Below, piece by piece: positions 12,273 to 23,775 of a stretch of 64,000 nt of DNA. The translations under genes were made by a program, and so were the position numbers. The stretch covers positions 10,983,790 to 11,047,789 of the forward strand of contig JARFYF010000056.1 of NCBI GenBank assembly GCA_030265395.1. The letters run 5' to 3'. Source of the stretch: Rhina ancylostomus (lineage: Eukaryota). How positions within the stretch are numbered: position 1 is the first letter of the stretch; the number at the start of each line of letters is the position of its first letter. Below the pieces are notes generated by a model that was not told where the DNA came from, ran no database searches, and saw nothing but the letters and a program-made list of their open reading frames with translations.

Positions 12273-13593
12273 AGAAATTTCAATGGTAAAATTTCAAAAC
12301 CCAGTGGGGTTGAGGCCAGCATGCCAATAATAGTCGATTAAACCGGAGAGAGGCATCATTAACCATTATTGAGGAGTCATTGAGCACTGTTGCAACAAAT
12401 ATGGTACCTAAATTTAAAAGGGTAAAAAATCTGATCCATGCTTGTGAATCACAATGGACTACCATCAATGATAAGTAAAATAATAGAAGTGTTTCTGAGC
12501 AATAGATTGAAAGATTCCATACATAGAATTATAATGGCTCACTGCTGAGATGCACACAAATCTCATCTTATGCAGTTTTAACAGTGTGAATGTATTGAAG
12601 GGTAAATCTGGATCCAAGTTGTGAGTCTGTACCATAGAAGGGCCTTTTTGCAACATCATACCCATCATGATGCCCAGAACAAGCTATGCCCATAAAATGA
12701 TGGTTGATTCTATACTAAACTTGTTTGAATAAGCTAACAGTCAGCAAAGCTGTGCTCACAGATTTGCAAGATATTAAAACTGTCATTTTTATTTTTAAAT
12801 GCTTTAAAATGTCCCTGAAATTAAGAAACCAAAACAATCTAAAACTAATTAAACTATAAAAACTGTATAAAAATTATTAACTGTCTAAAAAGAAATGAAA
12901 TAATTTAAAAATACTTCTAATTGATTTTCATCAAAGTAAACATAATTAATTAAAAGAAATTGCAGCTTGCTTTTTTCTCATTGTTTTCCCTTGCAGTTGT
13001 GTGGTCATGTTCTAACGCTTGGTCTTCTGCATCCTTAGCCAGGTCTCAACTAGGCTGGGGAATTTTGCTAATTCATGCTTTGCTGCTGGCCTCTGGAGAG
13101 TGAATCCCAGCAGTTCTGCATGGAACTGCCAACGATTCCCAGCAAACTCTGGCCCAGTATATTGCTATACATGAGTTGTAATCTTAAATGACCAGGTTTG
13201 CCTGCCTATCCTCATCTCCTAGTGGTTCTCTATTCCCATTGTTCTCTGATAAGTAGCATACAAGAAACCTATTTTCCAACTGACTTTAATGTGCAGAAGT
13301 CGTATTCTTATTGTTAGAAAACCCTTTTTTTTAACATGCCTAGATTATTGGCCCCACTGGAAGCAATAAGGGTCTACAAAAGGTGTTCCGTTCCATTTGT
13401 ATGCAGTATCCCTACTGAATGTTCAGGTGCTGGTCACTGACCTCTTGCTTGTAAGGGCTTTCCACCAGTCAAAATATATTACCTTTTTTTTTCACTAAAT
13501 CTTTCTATCTCATACAAATATTGAATTATTACCCTACCTATCAATAAGCCCTTGTGGCTTTCTTTGGTCTCAGAACTATATGCCTTCTTCCTC

Positions 13594-13962
13594 CTGGAGC
13601 ACATGGGGGAAACTCACATTGTCACAGTGAGAATGTACGAGCTCCATATAGACAGGTCAGGATTGAACCTGGATCTCCAGCACTGAAAGGCGCAGCAGCT
13701 CTACAAGCTGCACCTCTGTGCTGCCAGTGCTCCACTTTCCTCCAGCATCTTATAGATGTGCCTCTTGGTGGATTAATTGACCACAGTAAATTGCCCCAGG
13801 TTGGTAGGTGAATGTATGTGGTAGTGGTAGGTGAGTGTGAGGTGTGTAGGGGGAAATGATGGGAGTATGGATAAAATAAAATAGGATAGTGTAAATGGGT
13901 TGTGGTTGGTATGAACTTGGCAGGTCAAAGTCTGTTTCTGTGCTCTATGATTCTGATTCTAT
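13594..13962 (+). mobile_element. HE1/V-SINE-like SINE with inverted 5' head (13594-13725 minus; 13727-13962 plus)
   Basis: The minus segment carries the tRNA-like head with B box GGTTCAATCC. The plus segment resumes at the same SINE position (GTGCTCCA) and runs to the tail tctgtttctgtgctctatgattctgattcta. Confidence 0.75.
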
Positions 13963-16929
13963 TAGAGTATTCCCTATAAATTTAAACAATACTACTTTTA
14001 CCTATATTTCCAAATTATTGATTTCCAGTGACCAGAAGAAATTCCAGAACAGAACCTTGGCTGACACAGCTATCCATTTCTGAACATTCTTTATATTTAC
14101 TCTTAGCTCACATTCTGTTTGCATATTTCTAACACTGTTTTTATTCCAATTTACTATTCTCCAGTACTTTGTCAGTGGTCCCTTGAAAATTCACGTGCTT
14201 CACTTCCATTGTGCTTTCTTCATCCAGCGTATCTGCACCTCCTCAAAGGTGGCAGAAGTTCCTATAAAGGACTTGATTTTAAATTTTCAGAGGATGTTTG
14301 CAAAGCTTCATCTGGAAGATTTCCACTTAAACAGAAAGCTTTGGGAATCCATTGCAGAACTCAGCTAAAAAGTTTTGTTTTTAAGAAAGAAATAGAGAGC
14401 AATTATGAAAAAGGTGAGCGAGTTGTAGGTGAGTGGAATCTCACAAGAATTGTTGCTTGGAGTTAATTCTTAGAAGACATTAAAAAAAGAAAGCATTTCT
14501 GAAAGATTTCTAAGAGAGTTTGATTTAGTTTTGTAGTGAAAGTTAGTGCTGACACTAAAGTCTTGCAAATTGAGAGAATATGTGAGTTCTCCATGCCCTT
14601 GTGTTGTGCGTTTTTTGTCTTTGTGTTATTCAGTACTGCAAAGCAATTGTAATCTATTGATCACACAAATGGTTGAAGGGTATCCCAGGACTATTTGTTC
14701 ATTGACATATCAGCTTATTCACTCTCTTTGATGTATTAAATATGACACATTCTATATCCTTTCATATCGGAGTGCATCTTTGCAACTCTGGTACTTGAAT
14801 CATTGATTCCTAGCTGCCTGGTTGCAAATTTTAGCTTTCATGTTTCATGCTGCACCTGGGCCCAACTCCTGTCAAGTTGCATCTTCTGTTACATGGACCA
14901 ATAAGTGGATCATTTTGAGAATTAAATGACTCCCATGGCCCTTACTGCAAAAAGATAAAAAAAATATAGTTTAGTTGTTCATCCATAGTCACTAATTTTA
15001 AAGCCTTTAGAAACCAGATACAAAACAACTAATCCTTTGCCATTATCAAATTCCATATAAACATTGAGTATTAGCTTTCCACAGTGATTTTCTTTGCTGC
15101 TTCTGTGCTTTGTATCAAATAATTCCAAGTGTTAGTAACCATGTTGCGTACATACATATTGCAAGATAGTTTGATTCAGTAGTAATCTTGTTTAAATCTT
15201 GACACATTTAATGTACATGCAATATTGAACAGAGAAATAATAGTGTTATCATTCTTCCATGGTTAGAGATGTCATTACTTTCATTCTTATCTCACTCTCT
15301 GCTCAAACTGTGAAGCAAAGATTATGATCTTTTAAAATTTAATTCATTCAAACTCATTCTTACAACTTTGATTCATTACGGTATGATGAGAGTTGTTTCT
15401 TCCGGCAGCTTCTCATTATTCTAGTCTGTTAAAAACTTAATGTTCGTAATTGTAAGCTACACTCTCAGCTGGAGGATATGACCTCTACAAGCTACAAGTC
15501 AAAAAGAAACAAAAATCTTAAACATACGAGGTTAAACCAATATGCATTTTTGAAAGAATCTGCTTTTTATACTACTCATTAAAAATATTTCAGTTCATAC
15601 GCAAGGGAGCTAGTGTGCAATATCAGCATTGCCACAGTATTCATTCATCTTGATTGACATTATGGAAAATAGGTAGCTCTTCGTTTACCGAAACTCGAAG
15701 AGAAATGGGGAAAGACAGTTAACAAAGGATTGGCGGCGTCTAACTATGAAAGTGAAAATGAATTAAATATACAGCTGAATAAGAATATATAAAGATTCTT
15801 ATGTTATTTAAACTTGAGCGTAGATCACATTTTGTGATACCTGATAAATAATAAAGAATAATTCATTGAAATGTAGTAGTAGGCAAAATACTAAATCTTG
15901 ATTGTTAATTACTTTTATTTTCTTTGGGGAAAAGTAAGGATCATGATCTTATAGTTCTGCAGAATATATTTTTCTTTTTTGAAGCATTGCCTGATTGTTG
16001 TTTAACACCACTGAAGATGTGCATAAGCCATGATGTGAGTTTCAGCTCAAATCACTAGGGTTGTGTTTGTGCCAAGACATNNNNNNNNNNNNNNNNNNNN
16101 NNNNNNNNNNNNNNNNNNNNNNNNNNNNNNNNNNNNNNNNNNNNNNNNNNNNNNNNNNNNNNNNNNNNNNNNNNNNNNNNATTGTTAATTACACAGTAAC
16201 AGGGGCAAGGAAGCACCTCCCAAAGTGGCAGAGAGAGAAGAATTCGTTCAAAGCAAAGGTTCAAAGATGCTGAAATCTGTCTCCTGGGTCATTTCTGATC
16301 CCCGATCCTCCTGACTTCAAAGTGGGATGTGTTTAGAGGGGGGGTTGCTGAATCTGGGTTCATTAATCAGTGCTGACATAAGCCCTGTTTGATATTAGAT
16401 ACAGGGAACAGTTTGATTTGTTCTATCCTTTTGAAATCATTCTGATGACCTTCAGAAACCTTCATTACTTGGGTTGCCAGGAAGAAAAACCTACAGCAAA
16501 ATAGCTTGGATTTAATTTAGATGCAGAAAGTGCCTGAAATTGTGGTTTCAGTGATTGAAGGTGCATAAATGAGCAATAATGTACAAGTGAAAGTGCATTA
16601 TTTATTTTGTTGGCTTTTGATCTATTGCTTGAAGATGTGAGAGCATTGCAACAGGATTACATAGTCAGGAGAAACTCTTGCTCAAAAGCATTATATCAGG
16701 TCCAGTAGATCAAATTTCAACATTTTTTATGTGCTGTACAAATCTATGACTCTAATTTATAACAGATTTGTCTTGTAATGGTTTAATCAGTACGGTATTG
16801 TTTGTTCAATCTGCCTGTTTTTCTTCCTTAATAATTGTCATTCAAGGTGAGTAAGTATTGTGGCAACACTCTCACAGTCATAATAGTGAAAATAACTTTT
16901 GTTTAATTATGTTCCTGTAAGGCATCCTG

Positions 16930-17112
16930 GGACAAAACAGAAAGTGTCTCAACAGATCAGGCAGGATACATAGAGAATATTTAGGCTTAATGTTTCAGGT
17001 CAATAACCTTGTCATTAGAACTAAAAGGTTATTGACCTGAAGCATTAGCTCCTGACCTGTGTCTCCAACATTTTCTGTTTTACTTCAGATTTCTGGCATC
17101 TGCAATAGTTTA
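16930..17112. mobile_element. Fold-back (inverted) pair of Penelope pseudo-LTR fragments
   Basis: 23-bp inverted repeat 16988-17010 / 17025-17047 with one G-T mismatch, flanked by reverse and forward copies of the pseudo-LTR (aaaacagaaa / tttctgtttt). Confidence 0.8.
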
Positions 17113-17569
17113 CTGTTAAGCATTTTGGGGAGCTTTATTGCATTCAAGGTGATATGTAAATTCAAGTGCTGTTGTATATGTTTCCTGTGTTCTTTTTTTA
17201 CTGTTACTTCTTTTGATTATAACTGACAACATGTTTTGTGCATTTTAAGCTCATGAGAAAAATGTGCAAATTATGGAAAATTGAATATTGTGCCAAAAGC
17301 ACAGAAGCTCTTCCTTTGAAACATTGCAGACAGCATTGTAAATCATTCTAAATAATCAAGCTAGTCAGCTTTTCCTCATGCTGTGATGTACATTAATGAG
17401 AGTATATCTTTGGTTTAAGTGATCATAGGCTTACGAGGGTTTTAAAAAAATNNNNNNNNNNTTTCTTATTTTGATTCCCCTCCATTGTGAAAACTTCTTC
17501 TGAAGGCTGGATTCTCAGCTAACAAACTGAAGGAAGAACCAGAGACCTGCAGGTACCTGACAAGCTTTT

Positions 17570-18470
17570 ATCAGCATGAGTTGTCATCTTCAAAAACAAA
17601 GGAAGCATTCTTTGCCCCAAGGCAGAACAAATTTATCCAGTGTGAAACTGGGCAGGAAAGTTCTGGATATGATTCTGCCATAATAGGTGTTGCTGATTTG
17701 GGGCCTTGTATTGTTATTAGTGATTACAATCTGTTACTGGGGTGAAGGGTCAGCCTAGTAAAAACTGAACAAAGTTCCAGACTCCAAACAATACTCCAAG
17801 TACTCCCTTCTCAGTTTGTGCATAATTGCCCTCATTCCATGAGAGGATGCAAGAACAAAATGCAATGAAAGGATCTTGCATTGCTAGGATATATATCAGT
17901 CTTTGGTGCTTTGGTGGTAGCGTGTACTTTTTCATTCTTTGGTTATAAGTCATTGGCATCAATCCTTAAACCAAGGTTCACTGCTACTTATTTGCTTCCC
18001 TTCAGCTTCACAATCTTTTGAATACTTCCTCCAAAATAAAGAGATTTTCTTCTTCAGTGCTCATGGCAATCAACAGATTATCTTGGTTACACAGGCATTA
18101 TCCACTCTTTGCAGGACTATCTGTAGTGGCTTTGATAATCTTGGGGGAAAATACTTGACTTCATAGCATAAACTTCTGCATTAGTAAATGCCTTTATGAA
18201 TATTGATGGTCTTCGCCAAAATTCAGTTATGTGTAATCATTGAAAAGTTCCGCTTTTGTGAATACCTTCCAACCTAACTCTTAACTTTACAACTCTTGCT
18301 AAGAAGGTTGTGGACATGGTACACAGTTAACAGCTTGATTTAGTGTGACTTTGTAGTCTCTGCAACCTCACTGTTTTGTCTGCTCAGGTACAACCATCAC
18401 TGCTGAGCCTACTCTGGTCCAGCTTACCCAATTTGATCTGAACCTGACTTTAGAACATATGGGGTTGGTC
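17570..18470 (-). mobile_element. Ancient Gypsy/Ty3 LTR-retrotransposon pol relic (RT and RNase H)
   Basis: Minus-strand motifs in the correct order: DYKVTLNQAV (~18330-18360), TINIHKGIY (18184-18210), QDNLLI..TEEENLFILEEVFKRL (decayed YLDDILI..EEEHL..LEEVFKRL, ~18012-18085), IAFCS..L...EGNYAQTEKGVLGVLFGV..F.QFLLG (17753-17870), FTPVTD..LITI.GPKSA (17690-17746). Confidence 0.8.
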
Positions 18471-18552
18471 TGAGTTTGCAGTAGTCAAGCTTTATATCTG
18501 GTTTGATGCAAAAGTATGCATTGTACATTGTTAAATTAAACAAATAACAACA

Positions 18553-18980
18553 CCAGTGGAAGCCATTTGGCCAGTGGATACATGTAAGGGAGCAACTCCA
18601 TTAGTCCCATTCCCCTTCTCCTTATTTCCCTGTACCCCTACTTGCCCACTAACTCTCTTTGACATTAACCTACACTCAAGGTCACTTAAAGTAGCCGATT
18701 AACCTACCAGCATGTCTTTGGGATGTATGAGGAAACTGGAGCACCTGGAAGAAACCCATGTGATCATGGAGAGAACATGCAAACTTCATACAGGCAGCAC
18801 CCAAGGTCAGGATCGAACCTGGGTCAATGGAGCTATGAGGCAACAGTACTAACTGCTGCCTCANNNNNNNNNNNNNNNNNNNNNNNNNNNNNNNNNNNNN
18901 NNNNNNNNNNNNNNNNNNNNNNNNNNNNNNNNNNNNNNNNNNNNNNNNNNNNNNNNNNNNNNNCTAACTGCTGCATCACT
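18553..18980 (-). mobile_element. HE1/V-SINE-like SINE spanning a 100-N gap
   Basis: Perfect B box GGTTCGATCC on the minus strand (18810-18819); body catgtctttgggatgtatgaggaaactggagcacc. Confidence 0.85.
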
Positions 18981-20584
18981 GGTTTATGCCTGTACAGGAG
19001 ACTCCCACTTTATGGCTGTTCAGGTGACAGAAATCTGCCCTTATGGAATTCACAATCACTACCCAAAAATCTGAGATACAGAATAAAATATGCTCTGGCA
19101 GAATGTATGTGAAAAGAAAGTAAATAAATAAGCATACAATTTATTTTTTGCAAAATGCATTTCTTGATGCACACACAGCTGATGCAGCTTCGCTTTACAG
19201 AAAATTGCGATGTGGACCATTTTCTAGGAACATAACCCTCACTCCCCCATAACACGGAATCACCTGTATAGCTTTCTATAAGCATATTGCATTGTTAACA
19301 GCAATGTACCGTGGTGCAACTTTGAAGTGTTATCATTGAAAACATTCATGCAATCTAATTTAAGTTTCTTCATCCAATCCTTCCCATTGAAATTGACCTT
19401 GCTTTTATCGTTTTCCACTATGTTGGGCAGCCACAATTGCTGTAAATGTGGCACATTGTGTTCTTCATTTGCCCTCATCTGTAAAATCTCTCCAAAGTAG
19501 GTTTTCAGTGTGACTATGTTTTCTGTTAGCTGAACTAAAGTATTGTCAGTGAGTCTACAGCAGTATTAATTTGCACGTCGTTGCACTGGTTGCTAATCAA
19601 CACTTTCACTCAAACATCTGTTTGTTTGCTGCTTGTGACACCAATCCTGTACAAGCCCAGTTCCTCATTGTCTGAATGAACTTGCAAATGATGAAGTCCT
19701 TTCTGTGGTTGTTTTGAATTGCAATTCAAACTGTATTTGTTACTTTTCTTTGACTGGGACCTGTTGTAATAGGACCTTTAATTTGGCAACTGAAACACTA
19801 GGCTCTTCTAAACTGACGATATCATGATGAACGATAAACCATTGCAACAATAACAATAAACTGAATTAGTCATACCTGTATGCTTCAGACTTGGTTTTGT
19901 ATTCTGAGACTTTGTGACATTTGTCTGACCAGACTGCAATACGCCAGTCTCTTGTGGTGAACAAAATTTTCCAGCATTTTTGATGACAGACATTGATACA
20001 GACATTTTGCATATTAGTGTGTTATGAACAGCTTTGAATTTGTTCTTGCAGCAGTCAACAGCTGACCTAAAAAGACACCAAAACTACAATGTAAGGATTA
20101 GTTCTTCAACCAAACAATGTATTTACTAATGACGTCACCCTGATTCTGGCTGCTGGTCTGAAACTTACAGTTTTCAGCTGTTTCTAATGTCTTCAGATTA
20201 AAATATTCTTCCAGTTTCTATTCTTTCATGAGATTTGTCAGTATGCCATTTGCTTCTGGCCCAATCTCCGTCAGGAGTATTCCTTCTCTTATATTTCTCA
20301 CCTGATTTTGGGCTCTCACAATAACTCCTCTTTCAACCTCCAGAATATTAATCGATTTTAAGAATATTTCTATTCATTAAATATATAAGCTGAATGATTT
20401 TCAGCTTATCGTGCATGTTGAGACACCTGATATAAGCGGGGCAGCCATATAGTGTCACTACAGTGTGAAAGGAAACGGTGCATGAGATAGTCCACTGAAA
20501 AATCAGTGCCACTATTATTTTGTCATAGTGGTTTTCTGTGGTGAGTACGGTGAGTACTTCTGTAATACATGTGGAAGCCTTGGA

Positions 20585-20950
20585 CAAATCCAGAGAGTTG
20601 TAAATACAGCCCAGTCTATCATGCAAACCAGCCTCCCTTCCATTTTCTCTGTCTACACTTCCCACTGCCTCGGAAAAGCAATCAACATAATCAAAGACCT
20701 GTCCCACCCCAGTCATTCTCTCTTCTCTCCCCCTTAATTGGGAAGGTATAAAGGCTTGACAACTTGAAAGCCTGGCCCTTGCACCTTATTTGCTTACCTG
20801 CACTGCACTTTCTATCTATAACACTATGTTCTACATTCTTGTATTGTTTCTCTTTTTGTACTCCCTCAATAATGTGTCTGGATGGCATGCAAAATAAAGG
20901 TTTTCACTGTATCTTGATACATGGGACAATAATAAACCAATTACCAATTG
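20585..20950 (+). mobile_element. Rex1-like LINE 3' end
   Basis: QRVVNTAQSIMQTSLPSI..CLGKAINIIKDLSHPSHSLFSP, then the same 3' UTR as 9245-9522, ending aataataaaccaattaccaatt. Confidence 0.85.
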
Positions 20951-22071
20951 ATAATCAAACTCCATGTGAGTGATCACAAGAAAACACCGTACACCTAAAA
21001 CTTGCCAAGTGGGAGTAAACAATATCCTTCAAATGTGCCAAAGAAAACTATCATCTTCATCCATTCAAATTTGCCAGGGCCCCATTTCCCACACTCCCTT
21101 TAAACTCACCGGGGCCCCATTTCCTGCACTCCCTTTAACTTCAGCGGTATCATTAGCATGTACTACTATGTAACATTTTTTTTAAGTGTTGGGTTATTAA
21201 TAGGAGTAATATTAAGTGGTCTGGAAAATCTGCTAGTCGGGCACCACCAAAGTCCCAGGGTGCTGCATTATCAGTTTAACTGTGTAGCCAGAGTTAGTGC
21301 CCATCTTTACTAGGCAACACATTTGAACTGTTTGCATATTAACACTACAAGCCAGCAGATTGAAAGTTCCAGACTGTCTGGGAAATTATTACATTGGTTC
21401 AAAGCAGCCACACTATAAAGCTGATCTGTCCAATATGATGGCAATAGGAACGTGTAGACACACACATAGTGATAGAACAGCTTCAAATAGAACACCTTGA
21501 TTAGCATAAGTTCACTGGTAAAAGAAACCAATTTAGCCCACTGGTCTTTGATACTAAGGTTCATATTTCAGGTCAACTAGTGATAGCTTGAGGAACAGCA
21601 ATGAGACTGCAGTCGTATGCTGTGTTACCCTAGCACAGCAGTATCTTATGATACACTAGGTCACCAGAATGCCAACTAATTCTCTGCATGATTAGTACGT
21701 TCGATTCCTGCAAAGATGTTATAAATCACGGACACATTATGGACAGCCTGCTTGTACTATGAGAATGAAACATTTTTGAAAACATTGCAAATCAATATCA
21801 AAGAGCAAGTGCTCTCTGCATTAGAGTAGTCAGTATTTAACTACTCTCTTAAATTAAGCTGCTTGCGGTGGGAAACTGAGCAATCTAAATAGCTGAACAC
21901 TGCAGTATTATTTATAGTGCAGTGAACTCTAATAAAATCAAATTGAGGAAAATTAGAAGGGGTTGTTGAAACACAAGGGAACAGTTGTGAGAGAAGCTGG
22001 ATTAGGAGGAAGCCCATCACTGCGTTTACTGGTCATCTTTGATGTAACGATAAAGTTGCAGTTTCTATAAT

Positions 22072-22225
22072 TTCATAGAATCAGAAATGGGCCCTTTCAA
22101 CCCACCTCATCCGAGCTGATCATGATACCTATCTTGTTAATTCCATTTGCCTGCATTAGACCAATAGTCCACTACGCTGTTCCTATCCAAGTAGCTGTCC
22201 AAATGCCTTTTAAATGCTGTAATTG
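22072..22225 (-). mobile_element. CR1/SINE shared 3' tail fragment
   Basis: catagaatcagaaatgggccctttcaacccac...tccaaatgccttttaaatgctgtaattg; same family as 45375-45590. Confidence 0.65.
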
Positions 22226-22914
22226 ACAAATTGTATTTGTCTATTTAGGACAAGTCACAGATATTGAGGAGAGGGTGGGCAACCCAGCACAAACCACAAG
22301 TGGTGGCAGCCCTTGTGGGAATTAATATCATTAAGAAGGAGCAATCAGAAATGCTTAATGGCACATGAAGGCAGATTGACTGGAAATCGAAATGGATTGG
22401 CTGGACTGTTAAATCCTTAGAAGAGGGAGAGCATTTATAAAAAGAATCACAATGATAATGAGTGGATGGCTATGAATGTTAATTAAACATATCAAAAGAG
22501 GTACCAAACATACAAAGTACATTAAAGATGTTCAGTGTAATTTTACAAGTTTCTAACAATATTGTAACAAGAAATGAGTCATTAGAGGTAATTAAGAATT
22601 CCAAAACAGATTAATGAAATTAAAAATGATGAAGTCACAGAATGGTTGCAGCGTGGAAGGAGGCTGTTCAGCCTTTCAAGTGTGTACTGGCTCTATGCAA
22701 GAGCAATCTAACTAGTCCCACTCCAAGGCCCTGTAATTCTTCCCTTTCAGAAACTTGCCCAATATGAATGCTACAATTGAATCATCTCCCTTACTACCCC
22801 AGCAGTGCATTCCACACACTGACTGCTTCCTGTTATTTTTTAAAAATCTTCAGCTCATTTTTGCTTCATATACCCATCATCTTAACTCAATATCACCCAA
22901 GTTCTTAGCCCCTC

Positions 22915-22993
22915 CTCAGACTGAAACACCTTTTACGTCCAGAGATGTTGTTTGATCTGCTCAGTTCTTCCAGCATTTTGTTTTTTGTTCAAG
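22915..22993 (+). mobile_element. Penelope pseudo-LTR fragment
   Basis: gactgaaacacc...agatgttgtttgatctgctcagttcttccagcattttg. Confidence 0.65.
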
Positions 22994-22994
22994 A

Positions 22995-23375
22995 CAGAGA
23001 GTCATGAGTCTGGGGAACTTACCTAGAGAGACATCCAGCATGGAAGTAAGTCTCGGCCCAATGAGCCTGTGCCAACCATTACCTACACATTTGCACTCAT
23101 CCTACATTAATCCCATTTTTTTAAAATTCTCACCACATCCTCAATAGCTGTCCCCAGATCCTATCAATCAGCTGCACACAATGGGCAATTTACAGCATCC
23201 AATCGACCTACCAACCTGCAAGTCTTTAGGATGTGGGATGTAACCAGAGCACCCAGAGGAAACTCGCACAGCCACAGGGAGAATGTGCAAATACAGACAG
23301 CACTTGAGGTCAAGATTGAACTCAGATCTCTGGCACTGTGAGGCAGTGGCTCTGCTGGCTGTGCTACCATGCTCC
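22995..23375 (-). mobile_element. HE1/V-SINE-like SINE, near full length
   Basis: Minus strand starts gcatggtagcacagccagcagagccactgcctcacag, with B-box remnant gagttcaatc, central body and tail. Confidence 0.85.
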
Positions 23376-23384
23376 CTTTCTTCT

Positions 23385-23570
23385 AAGGGTGGTGGAAACA
23401 GTCTTTGAATATCTTTAAGGCAGAAGTAGGTAGATTATAGATATCAAGTGGGTGAAAGGTTACCAATGGTAGACAAGGATGTGGAACTGAGATTACAGTC
23501 AGATCAGCCTTGATTTTACATGGTGTGGCAGGTTTGAGGGGCCACATGGCCCACACCAGTCCCTGCTATG
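23385..23570 (+). mobile_element. CR1 LINE 3' tail
   Basis: Same family as 6470-6655 (tctttgaat..ttt.aggcaga..tag.tagatt; atcagcc..gat.tta). Confidence 0.7.
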
Positions 23571-23659
23571 TCCATTTACACTCTGGTCAAGTGGTGCAAG
23601 TATCATTGGGGGAGCATCAAGGAAACTGCAATCATAAAGGTACAAGTGGACGTTTAAAC

Positions 23660-23775
23660 TCCACCCAAAATGTTGACTTGCACCATTTGCCTCTACAGAT
23701 GCTGCTTGACCCACTGAGTTCTTCCAGCATTCTGCCTTTTATTCCAGATTCCAGCATCTTCAGGGTATTTTTTCC
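23660..23775 (+). mobile_element. Penelope pseudo-LTR fragment
   Basis: cccaaaatgttgact...ctacagatgctgcttgacccactgagttcttccagca...ttccagattccagcatct. Confidence 0.8.

Noticed and set aside
18800-18863. tRNA gene suggested by a perfect B box
   Set aside because: It is the tRNA-derived head of a SINE; no cloverleaf, and the SINE body follows.
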